The translations under genes and the position numbers were made by a program. 47,342 bases of DNA from Bdellovibrionales bacterium RIFOXYD12_FULL_39_22 (GTDB lineage: Bacteria; Bdellovibrionota; Bacteriovoracia; Bacteriovoracales; Bacteriovoracaceae): positions 62,001 to 109,342 of the forward strand of contig MEQL01000057.1 in assembly GCA_001770205.1 (NCBI GenBank). Direction: 5' to 3'. The notes under the pieces were generated by a model. The model saw only the letters and a program-made list of their open reading frames with translations. It ran no database searches and was not told the origin of the DNA. Below are positions 29,564 to 39,536 of this stretch, piece by piece. The number at the start of each line of letters is the position of its first letter. The stretch's first letter is position 1.

Positions 29564-30300
29564 CTCCTGAAAAAATTCTGTATGGCCAAAATGGCATTCC
29601 TCCCATTATTAATTCCCACCCATAAATCTCCTAAGCTCTCTGCTTGTTGAAAAAAACGCATCCCCATCTGCGGATCTCTTTTTTCTTTATCTGCTAACAC
29701 TGGCACATTGATCACTATGGCATTCTCGTTTTTAATTATTCTCCCCAGCGAAGAGGCCAATGAAACAAAAGATAAATTTATTGCCTCTTCTTTTACGCAC
29801 TCTCCTACACTCAAGGCCTCATCTAGTTTTTGCTCTTTTAAAAAGGCCACACATCGCTCGACTTCCGGGCCAACCGCTTCACACTCTCGCAAATCAAAAA
29901 CCAAATTAAATTGAGGCCTCTTCATTTGACGAATTTTTTCCAAAACATGAATCACGGTTTTGATCTCATCAACTCTGCTAGTTAACACTGGAACGCCGTA
30001 GGGCATTTGCACAATAGATAAAAAAGCATCAAATCCTCCCAGGTTGGCCGAAACGGGAATGCCAATAACTGGTTTAGAAGTTCGAGAGGCCACTGCTCCT
30101 GGTAAGTGAGCGGCCAATCCAGCCCCCGCAATTACCACATCAAAGGCCTTTTCACTTAATGCTCGTTCCAGCTCTTGCGGATTACGATGGGCCGATAAAA
30201 TTTTCAGCTCTGAAGAAAAATCTGCTTGGGCAAGCTGAGCGAGCAACGGGCCAAAAATATGCTGATCTGATTGACTACCAAATAAAACTAACAATTCCAT
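29560..30300 (-). CDS. purE: PurE (N5-CAIR mutase/AIR carboxylase family) with a duplicated, degenerate second half
   Basis: GSQSD, SAHRNP, AGAGLAAHLPG, PVIGIPV, SIVQMPYGVPV; 246 aa versus about 165 aa for typical PurE. Confidence 0.9.
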   Translation of the reverse strand: MELLVLFGSQSDQHIFGPLLAQLAQADFSSELKILSAHRNPQELERALSEKAFDVVIAGAGLAAHLPGAVASRTSKPVIGIPVSANLGGFDAFLSIVQMPYGVPVLTSRVDEIKTVIHVLEKIRQMKRPQFNLVFDLRECEAVGPEVERCVAFLKEQKLDEALSVGECVKEEAINLSFVSLASSLGRIIKNENAIVINVPVLADKEKRDPQMGMRFFQQAESLGDLWVGINNGRNAILAIQNFFRR

Positions 30301-31745
30301 CTCAAGGCCTCCTCTCGTTTTTCTGCAAATTCAGCACCCTCTTGAACACAAGTTGGATAGTGATTATTCAAGCAGGCCAAACAAAGATTTGAAATGCCAA
30401 TGGCCTCTTTTAAATTTTCAATATCCAAATAAACGACTCGCTCTACCCCTAAAAGCTGCGCCACCTCCTCTTCCTGGTGCCCAGCAGCAATCAGCGCATT
30501 TCTTTGCGGAAAATCAATTCCAAAATAGCAGGGATGACGAACCGGCGGAGTAGTACTGGCCACCACAATTTGGCCAGCTCGATATTTTTTTAAAAGGCCA
30601 ACGATCTGTTTAATAGTAGTTCCTCGCACGATGCTATCATCTACTAACAAAATATTTTTCCCTTCAATCTCGCTAATCACCGGACTTAATTTTAATTTAA
30701 TTAACTCCTCTCGCTTTTTTTGCGAATCTAAAATGAAGTTGCGATAAACATATCTGTTTTTTATGAAGGCCTCGCGATAAGGAAGGCCTAACACCTCAGC
30801 AATAGCGATTGCAGCTGGCCGACTGGTATCTGGAATTGGCACTACTACCTCTGGGGCAATGGCCATTTGCGAAATTAATTGACGCAAACGAATCCCCAAT
30901 CTCTTGCCTAAATTTAGTCGCACTCCATAAACAGACCTTCTCTCAATCATACTTTCTGCCGCAGAAAAATAGGCCCATTCAAACATACAGTTGGCAGACA
31001 ACGAAGATAAAACCACCGACTGAATTTGGCCGGTAAAACTAATAGCAATTAATTCCCCGGGGGCCACATCTTTTACATATTCATAGTCTAAAAAATCAAA
31101 GGCCACCGTTTCAGAGGAAATGCAGTAACTAAATCGGCCATCTCCCAAACTTTTTTTCCCAAGCATTAATGGCCGCAGGCCATGGGGATCACGAAAGGCA
31201 ACCAGTCCTGCACTCTCCACAATCGCCACCGCGGAATATCCACCTTTTACTATTTTAAATAGTTTTTCCGTGGCCATGGTTGCTTCTTGAAAACTAAAAC
31301 TATTCGCGGCCCCCTTTAACTCCTCCGCCCAAATTTTCAAAATAAGCTCTAAATCGTTAGTCGTTTGCAATCCCAAATGTACGGAAGAAAGTGCGTGGTA
31401 GTTAACCACATTTCCGTTGTGGGCCATGGCCACTCGCGCGCCACTCTCTCCACCACTTATCATTGGCTGCAAATCACATTGTTGACTGTTGCCGACCGTG
31501 GCATAACGAGCATGTCCGATGGCAACTTCACCATCTAGTTGGGACAAAACAGTTTGGGGAAGGGCCTGTGAAACTAGGCCAGAATCTTTATGTAGATGAA
31601 AGCTTTTTGGCGGCCGTCTATAGGAACAAATTCCCGCAGCATCCTGGCCTCGATGCTGTAGCGTGAGAAGCCCTCGATAGACATCCTGCGAGGCCAGATT
31701 CCCTTCTGTGTTTAACGGATAAATCACTCCAATGATTCCACACAT
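30288..31745 (-). CDS. purF: Amidophosphoribosyltransferase
   Basis: N-terminal MCG, LQHRGQDAAG, GHARYAT, AHNGN, VDDSIVRGTT, and Fe-S Cys motifs CMFE, PCYFGID, CLAC. Confidence 0.97.
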   Translation of the reverse strand: MCGIIGVIYPLNTEGNLASQDVYRGLLTLQHRGQDAAGICSYRRPPKSFHLHKDSGLVSQALPQTVLSQLDGEVAIGHARYATVGNSQQCDLQPMISGGESGARVAMAHNGNVVNYHALSSVHLGLQTTNDLELILKIWAEELKGAANSFSFQEATMATEKLFKIVKGGYSAVAIVESAGLVAFRDPHGLRPLMLGKKSLGDGRFSYCISSETVAFDFLDYEYVKDVAPGELIAISFTGQIQSVVLSSLSANCMFEWAYFSAAESMIERRSVYGVRLNLGKRLGIRLRQLISQMAIAPEVVVPIPDTSRPAAIAIAEVLGLPYREAFIKNRYVYRNFILDSQKKREELIKLKLSPVISEIEGKNILLVDDSIVRGTTIKQIVGLLKKYRAGQIVVASTTPPVRHPCYFGIDFPQRNALIAAGHQEEEVAQLLGVERVVYLDIENLKEAIGISNLCLACLNNHYPTCVQEGAEFAEKREEALRWNC

Positions 31746-31902
31746 TCCTGACTACTCCTTTTTTATCGGATCGTCTTGTCAGGAAAAATGTGACGTATAA
31801 AAAAGTGATTGTCTAGATAAAAATTAGACAAACTTATAATATTTTTCAGGCAGACTTATTAAATACCACTTAAGTATTTGTTTTCACACATAACAACGTC
31901 AT

Positions 31903-33702
31903 CTAGCCGAGTATAAACTTCTCAAGTTTGGAATTAAGATCTTCTGACAGCTCTTGCAATTTAGCGGCCGCTGATGCCGATTTCTCGGCCATAAGATTAT
32001 TTTTACTGGTCACATGTTCAATCTGCTTCATTCCATTATTTACCTGGGCAACACCTTCGGCCTGCTCCTTAGAAGCGATAGAAATTTCTGACATAAGTTC
32101 ATTAACTTTTTCCACCTCTTCAGCAACCAGCTTGAACACTTCTGCCGTCTTTTCCGCGATCCCAGAACCAGTAATTACTTTGGCGGCAGAATCTTGAATA
32201 AGCGAAGTAGTATCTTTTACTGCTTCCGCACTACGCGAGGCCAAGGCACGAACCTCATCGGCCACCACCGCAAACCCCTTACCATGTGTTCCCGCCCGTG
32301 CGGCCTCTACTGCCGCATTTAGCGCCAATAGATTTGTCTGAAAAGCAATGGCGTCAATCACCTGGATAATGCGAGAAATATTTTGGCCAGCATCATTGAT
32401 AATATTCATCGCCTCTACCATTTTTGTCATCTCATTATCGCCAGAAGAAGCATTCTCCCGGGCCTCCCGACTTAACTTTTCAACCTTTGTAGAATTTTCT
32501 GCATTGCGGGTAATCTGACTACCAATCTCTGTCATAGAGCTGCTAATTTGCTCCAGCGATGCGGCCTGTTGACTGGCCCCTTCCGAAAGCAAGCGCCCAG
32601 TTGTGGCCATCTCATTTGCCGAAGCGGAAACATTAGTAACCGTTTCTTTTACCTCTATTAAAATAATTCGAAGGGCCTCTATCGCTTTATTAATAGCATT
32701 TTTTATTATGGCATGATCTCCCTTGTAATCACCTTCCACTTCTTGTGCCAAATCCCCGGAGGCCATCGACTGCAAGACCGTCACCACCTCTTTATTGGGA
32801 CGCAACACCTCATCCAATAAACCGTTGATCCCCTCAATAATGGATAAATACTGCCCGGTATAGCGCTCCGTCTGTATACGCTTCCCCAAATCTCCATCAA
32901 TGGCACTCTTGGAAATATCACGTAAATCATTATTCAAAGCAGTCAAGCGATCAATAACATCATTAATGGACAGCAAACACTCTCCAATTTCGCTTTGGTC
33001 TTTGATATTTTCAATTTTACTAAACTTTCCTTGCGATAACTCTTCGGCCTTTTTCTTTATGAGATTAATCGGTAAAATGACAATCTGTCTGGTGGCCATC
33101 GAAATAACCAAAGATAAAACGATCGTTCCCAAAATGGCCGAAACCGTTATGCTGCCAATAAGTTCCTGGCGAGCATTGGCATTTTTTTCATCCATATCAT
33201 CGCGCATTTTCAGTAAACTACTATTTAGCTTCTCCATTCCTAAATCTAATTGCTTTCGATTAAGTCCAATCTCGATCACTCCCAACAATTTACCATCTTC
33301 GGCGTTTATAATATCTTTTTTTACCGTTTTATAGACGGCCTCTTGAGCTTCCACTTTTGCCACAGAGGACTGTTTCTCGTCTGAAAAATTAACCAGCGAA
33401 ATCTCCTTATCAATTATCGCATTTGTGGCCAAATCTTTTAATGCCACAAAGTCGTAGTTGATTAAATAACTACGCGCTAGATGGCCTAACAACTCGGCCA
33501 TCGCCTCGCCTTTTTTTACAAGTTTTTCCTCTTCCGCTGCAATCTGATCTTTATTTATCTCTTGCAGCAAACCTTCTGACTGTGAGCTGCTAGCGCTATT
33601 AATTTTTCCAATTAGCACTGCGGCCATCGCAAAAAGCATAACTACTACGGTTGCCAAAATTATGGATAAAAATTTGAACCCCAATCCCTTTATGTTTAAC
33701 AG
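31903..33702 (-). CDS. Methyl-accepting chemotaxis protein
   Basis: Two TM segments, multiple HAMP repeats, [37 protein letters not shown]. Start uncertain: TTG at 33684 or CTG at 33702, which sits 6 nt after GGAGG. Confidence 0.93.
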   Translation of the reverse strand: MLNIKGLGFKFLSIILATVVVMLFAMAAVLIGKINSASSSQSEGLLQEINKDQIAAEEEKLVKKGEAMAELLGHLARSYLINYDFVALKDLATNAIIDKEISLVNFSDEKQSSVAKVEAQEAVYKTVKKDIINAEDGKLLGVIEIGLNRKQLDLGMEKLNSSLLKMRDDMDEKNANARQELIGSITVSAILGTIVLSLVISMATRQIVILPINLIKKKAEELSQGKFSKIENIKDQSEIGECLLSINDVIDRLTALNNDLRDISKSAIDGDLGKRIQTERYTGQYLSIIEGINGLLDEVLRPNKEVVTVLQSMASGDLAQEVEGDYKGDHAIIKNAINKAIEALRIILIEVKETVTNVSASANEMATTGRLLSEGASQQAASLEQISSSMTEIGSQITRNAENSTKVEKLSREARENASSGDNEMTKMVEAMNIINDAGQNISRIIQVIDAIAFQTNLLALNAAVEAARAGTHGKGFAVVADEVRALASRSAEAVKDTTSLIQDSAAKVITGSGIAEKTAEVFKLVAEEVEKVNELMSEISIASKEQAEGVAQVNNGMKQIEHVTSKNNLMAEKSASAAAKLQELSEDLNSKLEKFILG

Positions 33703-33775
33703 TCCATACCTCCTCTTTAAATACGCTAAGCGCCCTAAGTACTCTTATAAAAATCAGAGCATAAACAGGCAACCA

Positions 33776-34828
33776 TCACCAAACGGCCCCAAATCCTACT
33801 TGCGCGGCCATAATGTCTCGACTCATAGATTCCTGAACTATCGCATAAATCTTCAAAATAAAAATATTAAGCTGCACTCCCGCAAACCAACGCATATTAA
33901 ATGTATCAACGTTCTTTTCTTGTCCTAACAAATCAACCGAGGCCGTGACAGAAGAAACCACTGGTTCTGTGACATTGACAGTATAAGAACCTCCAGCAAT
34001 CCCTTTGGCCGAACCAAAATTTAAATCTCCGCCAACTCCAACAAAAGGCCGAAGAATGTAAAATAATCTTCCGTAAGTTGACAGCTCAAAAGGAATAGAT
34101 GTTGTTTCCACTTTAATTCCGGCCTCAATTTCCGAGGTCATATTAACCACCGCACCTCCGCTGGTAATAGGATCGCTAGGAGTTTTGAGATTAAGCATGG
34201 CGTTTTGTGTTTGAGAAGAAATTCCTGTAGTAAAATCAATCCCACCCCATTTAAAAAGGCCGGCGGCCACACTGGCCGGATCGATTAATTTATATTGAAA
34301 CATCACACTAAAAAGTTGAGCACTAAAATCCATATCATCGCCTGTTAGTTTATTACTTTTACCGGCCTGCAAATATAACTTTGCCCGATTAAGATTGAGC
34401 GGGCCTAATTTTTCAAAAGGGAGCAGACGCAAGTTCATTCCGACGGTAAAAATAAACATATTTATCCCCGCCCCACGAAATTCTCCCTCAAAATCCCCTC
34501 CCACCAAATCCATGAAACTTCCATTTTCCATTTCAACCGCCGCGCCTATCATATTAACGGATACCCCAAAGAGAGATAAGTCAGAAGCATAATCGGCCCC
34601 CGATCCCTTGGTGGCCATCGGACAAGTATTGGCGAAACCCTCTAGATATTCATCGATATTGATATCGGGGGCAGAAAATGAGCCATTGATCCTATCCTCT
34701 AAAATAGCGAAGGCATTTAAAATATTTTCGTCACTAATTCCCGTAGTATCAATGGTAAAAAGCTTGGCGTGAGAGATAGAAGAAAATAGCGATAAAAATA
34801 AAATCATGGCCGCAATAATTGCTCTCAT
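33776..34828 (-). CDS. Lsa36-like surface/outer-membrane protein
   Basis: Signal peptide, GGGGAG RBS, motifs GADYAS, WGGIDFTTG, SIPFELST, GVGGDLNFG; C-terminal aromatic residue (GFGAVW). Family recalled from motifs, not searched. Confidence 0.6.
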   Translation of the reverse strand: MRAIIAAMILFLSLFSSISHAKLFTIDTTGISDENILNAFAILEDRINGSFSAPDINIDEYLEGFANTCPMATKGSGADYASDLSLFGVSVNMIGAAVEMENGSFMDLVGGDFEGEFRGAGINMFIFTVGMNLRLLPFEKLGPLNLNRAKLYLQAGKSNKLTGDDMDFSAQLFSVMFQYKLIDPASVAAGLFKWGGIDFTTGISSQTQNAMLNLKTPSDPITSGGAVVNMTSEIEAGIKVETTSIPFELSTYGRLFYILRPFVGVGGDLNFGSAKGIAGGSYTVNVTEPVVSSVTASVDLLGQEKNVDTFNMRWFAGVQLNIFILKIYAIVQESMSRDIMAAQVGFGAVW

Positions 34829-35019
34829 AAGCTCCCCTTTTTGTGTTAACGTAAGATAATTATACCTAACACTAAGCGGTTTTCAATCAGGCCATTTTGG
34901 CCGGCCCACTTTAGCTATGTAACTATTACCAAGCAATTGAGAAAAATTTAAAAAAAGGTATATATATTTAAACTTTTCTGATCACCATTGATCACTATTT
35001 TTTAAACCTCGAGGCCGCC

Positions 35020-36240
35020 ATGTATAATCAAATAACAAAGCAAACAACTCTAATCTACATACTAGCAGGTTGCCTACTCTCTTTCCCTGCTCTTATGGCC
35101 GCAGGATCTGATACGATTACTAGTATGAGCACAAGCACTATCTCTAAACAGAGCAAGCAGACCCCCTGGGGAGGATCTTGGTGGCCGATGCGTACTGGAG
35201 AACTAGCGATCGGCTGGAATAGCAGCAGCGGAAGAGTGGCCTGGGATCTGCCAACTCTTTCTAAATTTGATAGTTGTCTAGAATCCTATACTAAAAAATG
35301 CATAAGCTTTTTAGACACCTTGGCCGCCGATGGCGGCAGAAAATTATCCCCGCTTATGAAAATTGATCTACTTTCTAGAAAAATAAATGATTCTCTCTGG
35401 GGGCCAGGGAAAAATGAAGAAAAAGTTTTTATTCACGCTACCCGACATGAACTTAACATCCACTACATTGGGGATAATCAAAACCATCCCGAGTGGGAAA
35501 GTCGGGGATATGCAGGAAAATGTTTGGGCTGGGCACTATCTTCCATGAATCATAAAGAACCTACTGTGCACAAAGAAGTGTTAGGCATTATTTTCGAACC
35601 AGCCGACCTCAAAGGAATCTTGGCAACCGTCTATCATGGAGCACAATTTTTTATTTCCGACAAAAACGCCGTAGGAAATGCTTATCACAACAATTCAGAA
35701 GCAAACTCAGAAGAATACTACGAGGATGTTTTGCCACATGATTTTTTAAATGCGCTCTATAAAACAATTGATAAAGGTAAAATGATTGAGGCCGATTTAG
35801 AACCAGGAGACGGAGTGTGGAACTATCCTATCTTCAAATATGAACTAAGTTGGCAGCAAACCTCTGCCACGCAAGCGGTCGGCACCATCAGACTTTATTT
35901 TGCTAACGACGAAGTAGATGTCGACTCCGTCTTCTCCACAGAAAGCGTGCGCACGGATATCAAAACTCGTGATTTGGAATTTTCCCTTCAAATGCCTCCT
36001 GGGTGGGACGGTAAAGATCTACGCCAGGCAACTTCGGGAGCATGGATTGGCGCCAGTAGAGAACAACACCCAGATGCACTAATTTTAAGTATCGACAAAA
36101 ACTGGCGCTCAGATATATTGGAATATCTAGAAGACGATGACTTCGCGGCCAATATAAACACAGAGCTTTTTCAAGAAATGATGCTTCCGGGTGAAGCACT
36201 TGGATCAATCGTAGATTTTTTAATCAGTGCTTACTACTAG
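35020..36240 (+). CDS. Secreted transglutaminase-elicitor (GP42-like) family protein
   Basis: Signal peptide; PWGGSWWP, LSPLMKID, GKCLGWA, FEPADLKG and VWNYPI occur in the order of the GP42-type motifs. Confidence 0.65.
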   Translation: MYNQITKQTTLIYILAGCLLSFPALMAAGSDTITSMSTSTISKQSKQTPWGGSWWPMRTGELAIGWNSSSGRVAWDLPTLSKFDSCLESYTKKCISFLDTLAADGGRKLSPLMKIDLLSRKINDSLWGPGKNEEKVFIHATRHELNIHYIGDNQNHPEWESRGYAGKCLGWALSSMNHKEPTVHKEVLGIIFEPADLKGILATVYHGAQFFISDKNAVGNAYHNNSEANSEEYYEDVLPHDFLNALYKTIDKGKMIEADLEPGDGVWNYPIFKYELSWQQTSATQAVGTIRLYFANDEVDVDSVFSTESVRTDIKTRDLEFSLQMPPGWDGKDLRQATSGAWIGASREQHPDALILSIDKNWRSDILEYLEDDDFAANINTELFQEMMLPGEALGSIVDFLISAYY

Positions 36241-36330
36241 GCTGAGTGACAAAAAGGTAATTTGCCTGAGTGGTGTTGTCGGCCATAAATAAATTGAGCA
36301 TTTCTTTGGCCAGCGATAAACTTGTCTGTA

Positions 36331-37734
36331 ATGAAAATACTCTATGTGGAAGATGATGAAGATATTCGTGAACTCTTTGTCATGAAAATTGAATCCAAAT
36401 ATGAACTCGATATTATCGAGACCCCCAGTAAAGCAGAGGCCCTCTCTATCTTAAACAAAGATCCTGAAATTAAGTTGATACTCTCTGACTACAATCTGCT
36501 TGATGGAGATGCTGGAGATTTCTATCTACAATTGCGGAAGATGAAATTGAATATCCCCTTTATCCTCTTTACCGGAGAAGCAATCGAGGATCTGGACTCT
36601 TTCAAAACTTTTTTTGCCGATAATAAACTAAATGCCCATGTCAGCAAACCACCGGTTGGCAACTCTCTTTTTGATTCCCTAGAATGTGCCATAAAAGCAG
36701 TTACACCGCTCGGAATTAAAAAGACGCTCTCTCAGACAATGGAATATGTTAAAATTAGGACCTCCTTTTTTGAAAAAATTAATCACTGCCCAACAGATGT
36801 CTACATAAAATTATCTGAAACTAAATTTGTTAAAGTGTTTCACCGCGACGAAATGTGTGGCAGTGAAGATGTTCGAAAATATATTGATCGCGGAGTTCAA
36901 CACCTTTTTATTAACAAGGATGAGTACGAACACTTTGCCGATTTTGCGTTGAGTTCCCTACTTTCTATTTTACTGACAGAAAACAAATTAAGCACAACTG
37001 CACAGACCTCCTCCGTTTCCAAGCTAATAACTATCCATCAGGCAGTGCATGAAAAAATTATGAATTTGGGATTTTCTCCTGAACTGGCCGAGGCCACTAA
37101 AAAAGCAGTAGATATTACCGTCAACATGATGGAATCCAATCCCAAATTATCTGAACTTTTGGCGCAAATGCTTAAAGGAGGAGACTACATCTATGAACAC
37201 AGCATGATGATCTCTTATATTGCCTCGGCCATCGCTTCCAATGTTGACTGGGAATCCCGTGATACCAAAATCAAACTAGCCATGGCCGCTTTTATGCACG
37301 ATATAACGTTGAAAGATCATGATCTGGCCAAAATGGTGGCCATCGATCCGGCCAGCGTTGCCGGAATGAAAGATGAAGATATAGAAATTGTCCGCAAACA
37401 TCCTCTAGAGGCCATGTCCTTGGTAGAAAAGATCAAAGAACTTCCTCCTGATATTAACCTTATAGTGGCCCAACATCATGAAAGTCCCAAAGGAGATGGT
37501 TTTCCGCGCGGACTAAATCATCTAACTATCGCCCCTCTTGGAGCGCTGTTTGTGGTAGCTCACATTTTTGTCGATTACTTGTATCGAGAAAACGCCTTTG
37601 AACGGCCAAATCATGATCCCTTCTTTGCCATATTGAAAAAAAACTATCTCAAAGGAAATTATCGCAAGCCGGTGGAAGGATTATTCAAATTCTTTAACTA
37701 TACCAGTACTGGCCGAATCGGCGATACTAACTGA
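36331..37734 (+). CDS. Response regulator with a C-terminal HD-GYP-like domain
   Basis: Receiver domain ILYVEDD...LSD...SKP; YEHS, FMHDI, HP, QHHESPKGDGFPRGL. ATG at 36331. Confidence 0.88.
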   Translation: MKILYVEDDEDIRELFVMKIESKYELDIIETPSKAEALSILNKDPEIKLILSDYNLLDGDAGDFYLQLRKMKLNIPFILFTGEAIEDLDSFKTFFADNKLNAHVSKPPVGNSLFDSLECAIKAVTPLGIKKTLSQTMEYVKIRTSFFEKINHCPTDVYIKLSETKFVKVFHRDEMCGSEDVRKYIDRGVQHLFINKDEYEHFADFALSSLLSILLTENKLSTTAQTSSVSKLITIHQAVHEKIMNLGFSPELAEATKKAVDITVNMMESNPKLSELLAQMLKGGDYIYEHSMMISYIASAIASNVDWESRDTKIKLAMAAFMHDITLKDHDLAKMVAIDPASVAGMKDEDIEIVRKHPLEAMSLVEKIKELPPDINLIVAQHHESPKGDGFPRGLNHLTIAPLGALFVVAHIFVDYLYRENAFERPNHDPFFAILKKNYLKGNYRKPVEGLFKFFNYTSTGRIGDTN

Positions 37735-39527
37735 GACGGTGTCTGTGCCTGTTTTAGTTTATAAAAGCTACCACCTTCTTTGGTGGAGAGATCTAAAAGA
37801 CTGCCTTGTTCTACTACTCTCCCCTTATCGAAGACAAAAATGCGCTCACAATGCTTAAGCGTATCCAAACGATGGGCAATGATGATACAGGTACGATCCT
37901 TCATCAAAAGATTAACCGCCTCTTGAATAATCTTTTCATAACCAGGATCAATATTGGCCGTGGCCTCATCCAAAATTAAAATCTGCGGATCATTTAAAAG
38001 CACCCTTGTTAGTGCCACTAACTGTTTCTCTCCTGTGCTTAAATTAACTCCATCTTCTAAAATAAGTGAATTGAGTGTTAGGCGATTTTTTTGCATCACT
38101 CCCCAAAGGCCTGTATGCTGACAAGCTGCCAAAATTGCCTCGTCACTTCTGATCCCTCCTACCACCAAATTAGTACGCAATGAACCACGAAAGATAGTTA
38201 CATCTTGCGAAACAAAACCAATTTTACTGCGCAAAAAATTTCGATTAAACAAACGAATATCTACGCCATCAATCAAAATCTGCCCTTGCTGAAACTCATA
38301 TAATCGCGTTAAAAGTGAAACCGTAGAAGTTTTGCCACATCCCGTGGTTCCGACAAATCCAACCGTCTGTCCAGCGGCAATTTCCAAATCAATATTAGAA
38401 AGAACAGGAACTCCTTTTTCATATTCCATAGAAAGAGCATTAATTTTTATCTCCCCTTTCATGGCAAAACTTGACAGAACGCCATCTGGCCCCAATGCCA
38501 CCTCTTCCCGTTGAGCGGATAAAAAAGAAGTTATCCTTTCAGCATTAGTGAAGGCCTGCAAAACCAAATGGAAATCGCGAGCAATATTCATAATTGGATT
38601 GATAAAATTTTCTGAATACTTCAAATAAGAGACAAAAACCCCCACAGTAATTGCTCCGGCCAGCACCGCTTTTCCTCCGAACCAGACCAACATAACTAGC
38701 GGCAAAGAACAAAAATAGATAGTAAGTGGCCGAGTCCAAGCAAAAAGTAAGTTGGCATCTAGCGTTGAGTTAACGAAGGCCAATACCTTATGGTTGTACA
38801 TTTTTGCCGACCACTCTTCCAATCCATGAGTGCGAATAACCTCCATTCCATTTATATATTCTGAAAGACGAGCATTGATAGCGCTGGAGTTTTTAGAATT
38901 TTTTCGCATGGCCATCTTGGTGCGATTTCTCATGATAAAAATAAACGAAACTGGAGGGATCATGGAAAGAATCAAAATTACACCCAATTTCCAATGGGTA
39001 ACCAACATGGCCACGACCGCAATAAAAATACGAAGAACGGACATAATAAACATTCCCAAGCTAGAAGAAAAAAATTCTTCAATTCCTTCCACATCATGAG
39101 TAATACGAGTAACGATACGCCCTTGAGGTTGATGATCATAAAAAGACATTGGTAAAAGCTGAATATGATCAAAAAGTCGTTTGCGCACATTCAAAATAAT
39201 CTGCTCCGCATTGGTGGCCAACCTTCGACGGCCTACCCAGCTTAGGCCAATTCCCAATAAAGAAAAAACTAAAACTACACCTGCAAACTGCCAAGCGCGA
39301 TGATAATTTTTAGCAATGAGTCCATGTTCTACTAAATCACCAATAGTGCGCGCGCTTATTATGGAGGATATGGCCCCCAGAAAAATAATTCCGATAGCAA
39401 TGGCCAATCCCATTCGCTGCCCTAATGCAAAATCCCATAGCGAAATAAACGCCTTTATATCACTTAAGCGATTTTTTTGAATTTGCGATTCGTCCTGTTC
39501 ATCAGCATGTATAAAATCAGAGGCCAT
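37698..39527 (-). CDS. ABC exporter, fused permease/ATPase (heterodimer subunit B)
   Basis: TM domain; GTTGCGKT, LSTGEKQ, ILDEATANID, IAHRL. Confidence 0.93.
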   Translation of the reverse strand: MASDFIHADEQDESQIQKNRLSDIKAFISLWDFALGQRMGLAIAIGIIFLGAISSIISARTIGDLVEHGLIAKNYHRAWQFAGVVLVFSLLGIGLSWVGRRRLATNAEQIILNVRKRLFDHIQLLPMSFYDHQPQGRIVTRITHDVEGIEEFFSSSLGMFIMSVLRIFIAVVAMLVTHWKLGVILILSMIPPVSFIFIMRNRTKMAMRKNSKNSSAINARLSEYINGMEVIRTHGLEEWSAKMYNHKVLAFVNSTLDANLLFAWTRPLTIYFCSLPLVMLVWFGGKAVLAGAITVGVFVSYLKYSENFINPIMNIARDFHLVLQAFTNAERITSFLSAQREEVALGPDGVLSSFAMKGEIKINALSMEYEKGVPVLSNIDLEIAAGQTVGFVGTTGCGKTSTVSLLTRLYEFQQGQILIDGVDIRLFNRNFLRSKIGFVSQDVTIFRGSLRTNLVVGGIRSDEAILAACQHTGLWGVMQKNRLTLNSLILEDGVNLSTGEKQLVALTRVLLNDPQILILDEATANIDPGYEKIIQEAVNLLMKDRTCIIIAHRLDTLKHCERIFVFDKGRVVEQGSLLDLSTKEGGSFYKLKQAQTPSQLVSPIRPVLV

Positions 39528-39536
39528 ATTTTTCTC

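Noticed and set aside
31746..31902. Purine or ZTP riboswitch upstream of purF
   Set aside because: No recognisable aptamer consensus or terminator in this short AT-rich spacer.
20011..33684. Many 60-170 aa ORFs antisense or out of frame within the pur genes and the chemoreceptor
   Set aside because: Fully nested in well-supported genes and without recognisable motifs.
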